A stretch of DNA of 60,078 nucleotides from Hydrurus foetidus (lineage: Eukaryota): NCBI GenBank assembly GCA_900617105.1, contig UYFQ01000469.1, forward strand, positions 62,001 through 122,078, given 5' to 3'. The notes under the pieces were generated by a model. It did no database searches. It worked only from the letters and a program-made list of their open reading frames with translations, and was not told the origin of the DNA. Numbering within the stretch: the first letter of the stretch is position 1; each line of letters opens with the position of its first letter. The translations under genes were made by a program, and so were the position numbers. Positions 1-11,092 of the stretch are shown piece by piece.

Positions 1-7
1 TTTATAG

Positions 8-328
8 GGAGAATGGGACAAGCTGGCTGGTTCAGTAAAAAATAGAGAAAAGGAAATAGACGAGAAGGAAGTTCTAAGCATAAAAGTATTCCTCAAGCAA
101 CTAGGAAATGAATTCTACGACATGGATTTACTCGCTAGAAGTATAAATGATCCTGTGAAGCAGAAAGAGGCCAAGGAAATTGCAAAGCAATTTAGACTTG
201 AGATTCGTGAATGTGATGATGCTGCTGGAAATGGAAATATCGCAAAAATTATCGAACTCTACCCCAAAACAGCATTAGAACTAAAAGACTTTTTCGGATT
301 GATGCAAGATATTCCCGATGAAATTTAA
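8..328 (+). CDS. Terminal exon of a gene running in from the left; helical protein of unknown function (possibly PsbQ-like bundle)
   Basis: Acceptor tttatag at 1-7, then an open frame GEWDKLAGSVKNREKEIDEKEVLSIKVFLKQLGNEFYDMDLLARS...DIPDEI* in frame with ORF 122..328. Product identity is a guess. Confidence 0.6.
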   Translation, partial: GEWDKLAGSVKNREKEIDEKEVLSIKVFLKQLGNEFYDMDLLARSINDPVKQKEAKEIAKQFRLEIRECDDAAGNGNIAKIIELYPKTALELKDFFGLMQDIPDEI

Positions 329-949
329 AATTCTCTTGACACTAGTTATAGTGGAAATAGTGTGACTCCTCTTACACCGTGCTGTAAAATTCAATCAATC
401 ACTAGATTGCTTCGGGCGCAAAAATCTCAGAAAGAGTTGTTATACATGAGAAGAGTTTCGGCATTCCAGTGCTCTGTGAATCCTGATGATAGCTTCTGAA
501 CGATGTTGTCGTGGAATGTGCTACTAAATTCATAAGAAAGCTTACTTGATCTCGTTTCTTTAATATGTTGCTCTTAATTAAATTATCGTGAACTTAAAAA
601 TCTGTCCTAGCAATTGTTTGGCAATGTGTACAAATCAGTGGAATGGAAATTAAGGTTGTGTGGGGTCGCATGAACAAGGTGATAAGGAGTGCATAAAACG
701 AAAAAAATACGGCAAACACTTGAAAAAGTTGCCAGGAAAGAAAGTCGGAGATTGTTAGTATTAAGACAGTTGAATTACGTAGAGGAAAAAATAATGTAAG
801 AATTCTCACCAATGAGAACGTTTTCGAAGTAGGCATTGTCGGGAGTATACAGTACGAAAACTAGTCTATCCTTCACAGTACGATCCTCAGTCAAATGTAT
901 GGAATCAGTAGTGCAGGGTCTGGTCTGGATTCCTATGTCGCAATACTCT

Positions 950-3900
950 CTACTCTTCTCCACTTGCTTTTTTGTGATTTTGGGGCCTCTGGGGATCGGG
1001 GCCGGACGGGACGATTTCACCGTTTTCTTCGAGGACCTAAATGGGTAAGAAAATAGCAGTGTGTATATCAGATTGAGTAAATGCGGAAAATAAATGAATG
1101 AAAAGAATCTTTGAGAGATGAGTACTCGTCAGTGGCAATGCCAAGTTATCGGCAGAAATTAAAATGAATCAATGGGTAATAGTGATGATAACGATAATGA
1201 CATGTAGTGAGGAGAATTAAAGTTGAAAATGGAGTCATGATTGTTAGCACGTATGTACGTTACGGTACCTTGCTGAAGTACGCTATCGCGAGGGTCAGCC
1301 CGTCACGTACAGGGACCTGTCAGTACGTACGAATAAGTTAAGGAGTTAGAAAGGTGCATCAAGGATTGCCGAAAAGATTTGAGGAGAAAGAGCAGAAGAA
1401 GTAGGAGGGATCATTCTAAAAGGGGGGTGAAGAGCCGGTTTCGTCAAGCGTGTCAGTGGGTGTGTTTTAGAAAAAAGTGGTGCGATGACAGCAGAGTAAA
1501 GGGAGAAAAAAAGAGAGAAAGTGTGAGGGGATGTAAGGAGGGGGAGGTAGAGAGATGGGTGTGAAATTACTTCGCGCAAGAAAAGGAGAAATCTGTTCTG
1601 AGCGGACAAATATGTCACAGTATACGAAAATTGGATAGATGAAGAACCAACTAAAATAGTGTCAATCTATCTATCTATCTATCCATTTTTATATCTGTCC
1701 ATCTATCTATCTTCTTAACTAACTGACTACCTAATCATCTATTTATTTATATGTACCTTAGGTTCCCATCCCAGGTGAATCTTGGCGGTGGTGATGTCGG
1801 GCTTTCTCTGTCTCGGATCGTCCTTAGTAGCGGGCAGAACTGAAGAGTGAAGTGGAGAAAGCGCGAGATACCTTGTGAGCGCATTATGGGAAGGGGGAGA
1901 TAGAGATAGAGAGTGGGAGAGATAGAAAGGGAGTCGAGGGAGAGATAGAGATAGAGAGAGTGGGGGAGGCAGAGGGAGAGGGAGTGGGAGAGTCGAGGAG
2001 AAATAGTGGGAGAGAGAGTGGGAGAGTCGAGGAAAAATAGAGGGAGAGAGAGTGGGAGAGTCGAGGAGAAATAGAGGGAGAGAGAGTGGGGGAGGGAGAG
2101 TCGGAGGAGAGAATACAAATATGCAACAAAAATGTACAGAGTGAGAGTGTGAGAAGAGTTAATATGCTCTACAAAGGAAGAGAGGAATTCTCATATATAT
2201 GCATCATCTCTGTTAATACACGCTTGTTGATTGTTTTGTGTGACTCTGCCTGTGTCTAAATTCTCAACAGGTGTCAAGTCTCTGCATGTCTCTGTGCACT
2301 CATGTGCATGCGTGTGTGAGTGTGATCGTATTTGTTTTTCTCCTTCTCACCTTGGATCGTAGAATTAGATTTCGTGATTTCCTTCACAAGATCCGCGAAA
2401 TCCTAAATACGAGAACAAAGAAAATGTTGCGTTAGATGGTATGACTAAGGATCAAATATTCCGCTAAATATGGTTGAGTAAAATGCGAGATGAAAGATAT
2501 CATAGATTCGTTTTCTTAAACTGAGAGTGCGTCATATTGGAGAATGTTTAATTGTGAAGTAGTGCGTATGCAATGCTCCGCTCTCTCAACTCGCTTTCCC
2601 TTCCGTACACAAACAAACACACTCACTTCGATTCAGTACACGCACAAACACACCATTCTAAACACTCATATACGTACACACTGGCATTACTTTACCTTGA
2701 CGGTGTATTCATCAGGGTTGCCGAGATTGACTGGCTGGGAGTAGTTTCCATTCATCAGTCTGATCAGTCCCTCCACCAGATCATCCACGTATTGGAAAGA
2801 ACGGGTCTGTTTGCCAGTGCCGTAAATGGTGATATCTTTTCCTTGTAAAGCCTGTAAAAAGGGGTAATTTAGGCTTATTTCGGAGATTTGGAATGTTCCT
2901 AGCAGTGTTGTGTTTACTTTGACGAGAAATCTGTCGATTAGTTATTCCTTTGAATCGCATACATTTTTTCTCTTCTGTTTGTTCATGGCAATGATTTACT
3001 GGGTGTAGTCGTATTGCATGACAGTGTTAATCGCACAACATGGACGACAAAAACAGACTGTCATACCAATTACATCAAATATTCAAACAACTCAAACATC
3101 AAACGTGCGCATTGAAATGAACTAGAGAACAAACAAGTACGCACTGTCACTACTGTCGCTGTCACTTTATCATGTGGAGGCACATTACCGTTCATTTGAG
3201 AATAAGCTCTTGAATATGCTATGGATGAAGTTAGACCACACACAATTGTCGGAAATCTATACAACGCGATGTGCAAACCTGAATGATGAAGTTGCTGACC
3301 ACTCTGCCGTCGTTAGGATGCATACGTGGACCGAATGTGTTGAAGATGCGCGCCACACGCACTTCCACCTTGGCCTGACTCTCATAGGCGTACCTTGAAT
3401 TATTGTCGAGTACAGATGATAAGAAGGAAGAGGGGAGGGTGAGTGGTAGGAGGGTGAGAGGGTAAGATGTGGTGAGGTAAGAGGGAGAGAGGAAGGAGGG
3501 TGAGAGGTGGTGAGGGAAGAGGGAGGGAGGAAAGGAAGAAGAGAGGAGGGAGGCTGAAAGGGGATGGTATAGCAATTGCCCCTATCATCAAAAGACAATT
3601 GTAGTGAAGAAACATAATAATGAAATAAAATAAAGTGAGGGGAGGAGTAATTGTGGAATCAAAGGTCTTAGTTCTTACATCATCGTTTCCGCCACTCGTT
3701 TGCCTTCGTCATAGCAGGCTCTTGGACCTGTAGATACCAAACGAAAAATACCACAGATCGGAATTATAAACACGTTGATGTTTTTCAAACCATTAAGTTG
3801 TAGGACAATGATATATTAATGAAATGATGGTGATGAGATAATAAATATGCCGAGTTCAGTAGAGTGGTGAAATATAATCAGACGTAAATGAACTTTAATG

Positions 3901-6105
3901 ACTTCAATGATCCTGCAGTGTAATTCGTTGAAGATGTTCTATTCGAGATATTAGAGCAGAATAAAATGGTTTCTGCTCAATATGGAGCACCCACACTAAG
4001 CAGGAACCATTTCATTCTGCTCCCGTGACATCATAACACTTCACATATGTCTATTGTATGGAGAGTGAAAGCATGTCATTGGCAGAGTAAGAATAGAGAG
4101 TAAGTACAGCCTGTTCCGAAACACTCAGGACCTGACAGATCACTTTTGAGTAGGGGCTGAATAAAAAATAACGTGGCAATTTTACAGCTTTTCACACGTT
4201 TAAAAAAGAAAATAAAAGGAAACGCATTGTATCACGCCAGATTACATCACATCACATCACATCACATAAAAAAGTTAGCAGCGTGACACTTCACTCCTAC
4301 CGATGGGATTGACATTGCCCCAGTAAGTCTCTTTCTGAGGATGCACCTCCGGATCTCCGTATACTTCTGAAGTTGAAGTTAGAAGCATACGGGCCTGATG
4401 TACGTATGCAATGGAAATAGTTGATGATTGTGTATTTTTAAGTGTTGTTTTGAATTATGTAGACTATTTTGTATCGTACACTATTTTGTTTAATGTTCTG
4501 CGACAATAATTGTTAGCTAATGATATGAAATGTATCATTAGAAGCGATGGTGAATCTGAATGCAGCAAATAAGATGAAATCGGACAAATTCGATAGTTTC
4601 TGTACATATCCTTTAATCCCCTTCCTGAAACTCAATTTGCCCATTAAATTTAAATAATTTCCATCCTTTTAGTTAAGTCGATAATTATGTTCCGGAATAG
4701 ATGTAAAATTAATGGGCCAATATTTTTTGTCCATAACAGCCAATAAGTATCGATGACAAATGTTTAGTTTTTTGAAGATTTGTACCTGTACTCTCTTGGC
4801 GAGTCCTAGCATGTTCAGAGTTCCCATGGTACTTGTTTTAATTGTCTTGATAGGATTGTACTGAAACGTACCAGATGTGGGTGATTTTGATAAGAATAAT
4901 GAGAGATGTAATAATGATAGTAATGATGATGGTTTCAGCTGTAACAACGACAAAAGGGAGGAGGAATGTGTTCAATTTGACTAAAATAGATTGTTTATCA
5001 TATTTGACCTCTATACGAGCTTTTTTGCTATAAAAAAGAAAATTAAGGTGGCTTTTTTGGATAAAATTTAACACAAATTTAAAATGCACTCGACAACTTT
5101 ACTTTGAATGTTGCAGTGCTGAAATAATATTTCAAGAATATCAGGTATTGATTTTGTTATTTTTTCCATGAGTAGGATGATTGAAAAAAATTGTTGGGTG
5201 GGGGAAGATGATCAAAAAGGACGAAGGCTTACTTGATAGTGGGGAGGAGAGGCCGGACAAGCCAAATGGTAAATCTGGTCGACCTAGGCAAGATGACGTA
5301 TGCAGAGAGCAGAACAGATTTTAAGATCGTTCTCATTTCATGACTGCTGTGAAGAGTTAGGGGATGGTGCAATGCAGTGAGTATGTAACATCATTCTTCA
5401 TCAGGAAGAGTCTCAAGTTTCAACAATCCTCAGCTGTATAACTGGAAGCCTAGATAAGTTACCTCCATCATGATAGGTTCCACGACATCGTGGATGATAA
5501 GAAGGAAGTTAGGATGTCCGATCCATTGCGCAATGTTCTTCTTCCGACCAGTAAACATGTTGTCAATTACGGTGACCTGATGGCCGGCCATCATCAGTCT
5601 GTCAACTAAGTGACTGCCAACAAAACCAGAACCGCCTGTGACAAGAATCCTGAGCCTTTCGGAATCAGGAATTGATTTGATCGGAGGATAAGCGCTTTTC
5701 TCAAAGGTTTTCCCAGTAGCTGCTTCTATGAGTTGTCCTCTCACTTCAGCTGCAATAAACGCTCTCATGTCCTTCTGAGACGAGTCCCTCGAATGTGTCA
5801 ACTCCGTATGTCTGCGAGATGTCATCAATTTAGGAAAGAATAAGGATCAGAAAAAGTTAAGAGTGACAGAGAAATATGGATGCTGGACAGTATGTGCGGT
5901 GACTGAAATGCATTGATGGTCTCACGGGGCAGACAGAGTTGTGATCGCGATGGAGTGATGGGTGCGTCCACGCAAGTGATGACATATCTTACGAAATATT
6001 GGATGGAAGCTGTTGCATCCAAAATAGAATTCCAACCAGAGCAATGACAGGAATAAACCATGGCTGGCGATAATACGGCATATATGAAGATGAGGGCGGC
6101 ATCAT
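950..6105 (-). CDS. UXS1: UDP-glucuronate decarboxylase (UDP-xylose synthase), type II membrane-anchored, 12 exons
   Basis: Manually spliced GT-AG exons (approx.): 6105-5993 MMPPSS...[14 protein letters not shown] (TM); 5811-5463 [19 protein letters not shown]; 5283-5233 [17 protein letters not shown]; 4860-4786 [25 protein letters not shown]; 4395-4301 [12 protein letters not shown]...YWGNVNPIG; 3727-3678 [16 protein letters not shown] (YxxxK); 3393-3279 [10 protein letters not shown]; 2851-2696 [11 protein letters not shown]...NLGNPDEY; 2402-2351; 1849-1757 [10 protein letters not shown]...GWEPK; 1316-1269 VPVRDGL; 1036-950 ending in TAG. Confidence 0.95.
1888..2112. repeat. Intronic GA-rich low-complexity/minisatellite tract
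   Basis: Repeated gggagagagagtgggagagtcgaggagaaata-like units inside a UXS intron. It produces spurious Ser/Leu/Pro ORFs. Confidence 0.8.
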
Positions 6106-6400
6106 CACGTTTCTATATTATTCTTTAGACGTGCAGAGAAGATACAGCAGAGCAGAGTAGGTTGCGAATTCCGCTGTACATTTCTTCCGGATTTTAAAAA
6201 AATACGCTCAATATTTGGCTCACTCTCGATGCGATGGACACGGCAATTATTGAGTTGTTTCCAAATTATATTCTGATTCGGTACGATTTATTTTGACGAT
6301 TTTCAACGAAATCAACAATATTTCGCCGAAACAGTTTTCTATTTTTCGCCATCTGCGTGTGTATGTACACTGTACACACGTTCACATTACAGTATTTGAC

Positions 6401-6430
6401 ATGATGATATGATGCTCATCATATCATCAT
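6401..6430. other. 30-bp inverted repeat (14-bp arms, 2-bp centre) just upstream of the recombinase ATG
   Basis: atgatgatatgatg-ct-catcatatcatcat; the arms are exact reverse complements and end 22 bp before the ATG at 6453. Confidence 0.9.
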
Positions 6431-6452
6431 AAGACTTCAGTAGTGAACGACC

Positions 6453-8787
6453 ATGTCACTTCAGTATCGCGAGGCGGGAACTGGTGGCTCTTCCAGCTCT
6501 ACCATCAAAGGCAAACTTACAGCTATCGGGCATTTCGCTACATTTTTAGCAACATTGGGTCTGGATTATGAGAAGAGTGGAGAAGACGCTATCTGCAACG
6601 AGTCTATCCTTCGCCAATTCGGGACATATCTCATTATAACTACATCCGCAGATCTTGGGAAACAAATGGCGCCAGATACAGCGACTCAATATTTTTCCGG
6701 TACTGTCATGACTTTGAAAAAGTTGTATCCAACAAATCCGGTATTTAATCCGAGTTTGAGCTGGAACTCTGAAGTTCGGTCGGACATTCAACGCTTGATA
6801 ACTCGCCGCCACATTGCTGAAGGGTTGGAAGTGAAGGACAAGGCGCATGGTGTTGGTAGACTTTTGATGATAGATATCAGTAAGGAGCTGCTCTCTGTAG
6901 GGACGATCAAATCTATCGAGTCTCGAGCAATTTTATGCACGTCATTTCATGCAGTTGGACGAGCTGGTGAAGTGGCCCTCTTAACCTGGTCCTGCTTGTA
7001 CTGCAATCCAAATGAGGAGCTCTTGGGAGGAAAGTGGATGCAGCAGAAAACTACGAATGTCCAAGAAATGACTTTTTTTGCAGATGCCGAAAGCTACGAG
7101 ATCTGTGAGTTCCACAGTCTCGCGTGTTATCTCGCGGTCGGAGGAGGAAGTAGAGGTAGTAGAGGAGCGGATGGTTGGGTATTCCCTACTCTCAGTGAAA
7201 TTAATGCCTCGAAAGCTATTACAACAATACTCAAAGATTTGTCAAAAAGGATAGATGGGTTGCACTCAGAGGTTACAGCAACTGATATAAGAGTTGGCAG
7301 TGCAAATGACATTGTTAATGCAGAAGGTGGCGGTTTCGAAGTAGCCGTTGCACGTGGTGGTTGGAAGGCCAAAGGAGAGACGATATGTGCTCTTTTTGAG
7401 TATTACATGAACACAACCCTTTCCATTAATATCGCGGGTAGGATTCTCTCGGGCTTTAAAAATCCTCGGTCACCATCATATCCTCCTCGATTCAATTCGT
7501 TCGTGACTTCAGAGAACAAGGCTAAAGTCATGTCAATGCTTGGCTACCTTCTTGATAAAAGATTCCACATATCTGTAAGTCCTGTCTTGGGCAGCTTCGC
7601 AAAGGTCATGTTCGCCTCCCTGCTGCAATATCATGAACCTATGCAGCACACATACGGCATGGACCACATCATCGTTCGATATGTCATTGACAGTGCAAGA
7701 AAATTCAACATATCAAACCGGGAACTCACCGAGTGGGGTAATCTTGTAAGGAGAGATGTTGCGCTCCGTAATGCTGCAAGGAACTCATCAGGAAGCCAGT
7801 CGACTGACTATGCTGTCCACTGCAACACGGTGAGACAAATTGTGATAACCTAATACTGCATCTCAGACTATTTATATCGTTTTGACTTTCTGGTAGGTAT
7901 TACAGCAAGAGATCGTAAGTTTGAAGGCAGACTTCATTAAAGTTCAGGCTCAACTGCAGTCACAAGGCGCGATGCTATCAGAAGCTCTACAATTACTCAG
8001 AGACCAGAAATCTCATCAGCAGCCCATATCCCCCCAGCCTAGAAGGCGTAGCCCTGTCACCAAGGAAAACCTTCAATGTCAAGAGACTACTTCAACCGAT
8101 TCCAAACCCAATCAGAAGGAGAGGTTCATAGCTGCCTTCATCAAACCAGCCTTAGCCAGGTACGAAATTTCTCTGACTGGCAATCTGGGTATCTACAACC
8201 TCTTCTGCGATTACCATGAATACAACTTGAAGGATAACGCGGCATGGAGCCGTATGAGCAGAGAGGTTGGAAGGTGCAGATCCGTTGTCAACTACATGTT
8301 AACGCATGCTACCAAAGAACAGCTATCTTTCTTGTCACTCAGAATGCCACCGAAGGGAGATGATGCAAAGAAATGGACCGAGTGGTTGAACAGCCTGAAG
8401 GAGATTAGCCGCAGCGTAACACAATTGACGATGCCTACTTTAATCGAGCAGGAGTTGAAATGCTTTGGAGAGAAGGTTACCAAATCAAAAGCGGGTGCCA
8501 AGCAGACAGCCACCCTATCTGCTGTGGATCGTAGATTGACGAAACTCAAGGCAGCCAATGGAGTTGCAAGCCTGCTTCAGCCTGTCGCTGGACTTACTTC
8601 TTTCTTCAATTCTGATAAGACAGGGCCAAACGCAGTTCCGTCCAGAGGTGCTTTGATCTCTTTAGCAAGTACACCTTCAAGCACCTCATCGAGCTCCTTC
8701 AGCTCTTCATCGAGCTCCTTCAGCTCTTCATCGAACTCCTCCAGCAGTTCTTCGTCGAGCTCCACTCTGAAGCGCAAACGTGATTAG
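6453..8787 (+). CDS. Tyrosine recombinase, Crypton-like (~755 aa, 2 exons)
   Basis: Catalytic motifs in order: HAVGRAGE (Arg I), QQKT (Lys), TATDIRVG (HxxR-like with His replaced), ARGGW (Trp), LFEYY (Tyr). A phase-0 intron 7830-7896 (gtgag...tag) joins ORF 6453 to ORF 7921 in frame. No RT is nearby, which favours a Crypton over a DIRS element. Confidence 0.8.
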
Positions 8788-8897
8788 ATGTAGCTTTCTT
8801 AATGTATGACGATAATAATCTGACTTTATGATATTCAACGAAAGAATTCATTCAATAATCGACTAGATTTCTTGAAGTGTTTCACATCAAACGAACA

Positions 8898-10590
8898 GAT
8901 GCATCCAATGAGAAGAAGAGCGATTATAATCGCGTTGAATGAGATTGGGTTGCGTGGTATAAGAAGCGCTGAAGAGGAGCTTCAGTTCAATCTGTACCGT
9001 GCCCACATGCATGCTTCATATGGACCACCAGCACTGGTTCAGTATCTCCTGCAGTAGTCGAAAAGATGCATCCAATGAGAAGAAGAGCGATTATAATCGC
9101 GTTGAATGAGATTGGGTTGCGTGGTATAAGAAGCGCTGAAGAGGAGCTTCAGTTCAATCTGTACCGTGCCCACATGCATGCTTCATATGGACCACCAGCA
9201 CTGGTTCAGTATCTCCTGCAGTAGTCGAAAAGATGCATCCAATGAGAAGAAGAGCGATTATAATCGCGTTGAATGAGATTGGGTTGCGTGGTATAAGAAG
9301 CGCTGAAGAGGAGCTTCAGTTCAATCTGTACCGTGCCCACATGCATGCTTCATATGGACCACCAGCACTGGTTCAGTATCTCCTGCAGTAGTCGAAAAGA
9401 TGCATCCAATGAGAAGAAGAGCGATTATAATCGCGTTGAATGAGATTGCGTGGTATGCGCTGAAGAGGAGCTTCAGTTCAATCTGTACCGTGCCCACATG
9501 CATGCTTCATATGGACCACCAGCACTGGTTCAGTATCTCCTGCAGTAGTCGAAAAGATGCATCCAATGAGAAGAAGAGCGATTATAATCGCGTTGAATGA
9601 GATTGGGTTGCGTGGTATGAGAAGCGCTGAAGAGGAGCTTCAGTTCAATCTGTACCGTGCCCACATGCATGCTTCATATGGACCACCAGCACTGGTTCAG
9701 TATCTCCTGCAGTAGTCGAAAAGATGCATCCAATGAGAAGAAGAGCGATTATAATCGCGTTGAATGAGATTGGGTTGCGTGGTATGAGAAGCGCTGAAGA
9801 GGAGCTTCAGTTCAATCTGTACCGTGCCCACATGCATGCTTCATATGGACCACCAGCACTGGTTCAGTATCTCCTGCAGTAGTCGAAAAGATGTATCCAA
9901 TGAGAAGAAGAGCGATTATAATCGCGTTGAATGAGATTGGGTTGCGTGGTATGAGAAGCGCTGAAGAGGAGCTTCAGTTCAATCTGTACCGTGCCCACAT
10001 GCATGCTTCATATGGACCACCAGCACTGGTTCAGTATCTCCTGCAGTAGTCGAAAAGATGCATCCAATGAGAAGAAGAGCGATTATAATCGCGTTGAATG
10101 AGATTGGGTTGCGTGGTATAAGAAGCGCTGAAGAGGAGCTTCAGTTCAATCTGTACCGTGCCCACATGCATGCTTCATATGGACCGTAGCACTGGTTCAG
10201 TATCTCCTGCAGTAGTCGAAAAGATGCATCCAATGAGAAGAAGAGCGATTATAATCGCGTTGAATGAGATTGGGTTGCGTGGTATAAGAAGCGCTGAAGA
10301 GGAGCTTCAGTTCAATCTGTACCGTGCCCACATGCATGCTTCATATGGACCACCAGCACTGGTTCAGTATCTCCTGCAGTAGTCGAAAAGATGCATCCAA
10401 TGAGAAGAAGAGCGATTATAATCGCTCTGATTCTGATTGGTTGCATCTGTTCGAGCTACTGCAGGAGATAGTTCAACCAGTACTGGTGCTCCACATGCAT
10501 GCTTCATATGGACCGCCAGCACTGGTTCAGTATCTCCTGCAGTAGTCGAAAAGATGCATCCAATGAGAAGAAGAGCGATTATAATCGCGT
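8898..10590. repeat. Tandem array of ~10 near-identical 167-bp units
   Basis: gatgcatccaatgagaagaagagcgattataatcgc... recurs at 8898, 9065, 9232, 9399, 9556 (one 157-bp unit) and onward to 10590. Confidence 0.97.
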
Positions 10591-11092
10591 CGAGTGCTTG
10601 AATTATGGGATGGAGTTATGCTACATTTTTTATAGGGTTATACAAATTGGTTTATGATTAAGAGATCGTGACGCGAGCAGTTGTCGAAACTTGAAGTTCC
10701 CCGTAGCCATTGAGGATTCTTTCACCAACACTGAATAGGAAGAAATGGTTGGAGGTGGCTTCAGACTCTGTTTGTGAATGTTGGTTGATGGACATAATGG
10801 CCAGGGATGATCATCGATGTTGTTCGCGCTGACGGGTATTTCATTTGTGAACTCAGCGAGATGGGAGCCTCACGTTCCAAAAAAAGAGTTGACGGATGGG
10901 ATAGCACGACGTCAGAAACCCGCTCCGAAGATTCCGCAGCGTTCTGAACGTGCTCTTGTGAGTTCTGGTGTGCTGGTGGACGACGTGTGAGAGCTGATTT
11001 CAATTCGATAGATAATATTCGATGGGCTTCCGTTCAATCCTTCGATCACTTCGGGATCCTGAAAGGAAACGGACATGCGTCACTTTTTCCGA

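Noticed and set aside
594..1020. ORFs 594..836 and 775..1020 as a separate gene
   Set aside because: They overlap the last UXS exon in another frame and its 3' UTR, with no recognisable motif.
8898..10590. 167-bp array as CRISPR or as repeated small genes (MHPMRRRAIII...)
   Set aside because: Units are essentially identical with no spacers. The unit length is not a multiple of 3 and the short ORF has no recognisable features.
10600..11076. Possible minus-strand gene fragment starting MSVSFQDPEVIEG at ~11076
   Set aside because: Early stop and no recognisable homology, so it cannot be supported.
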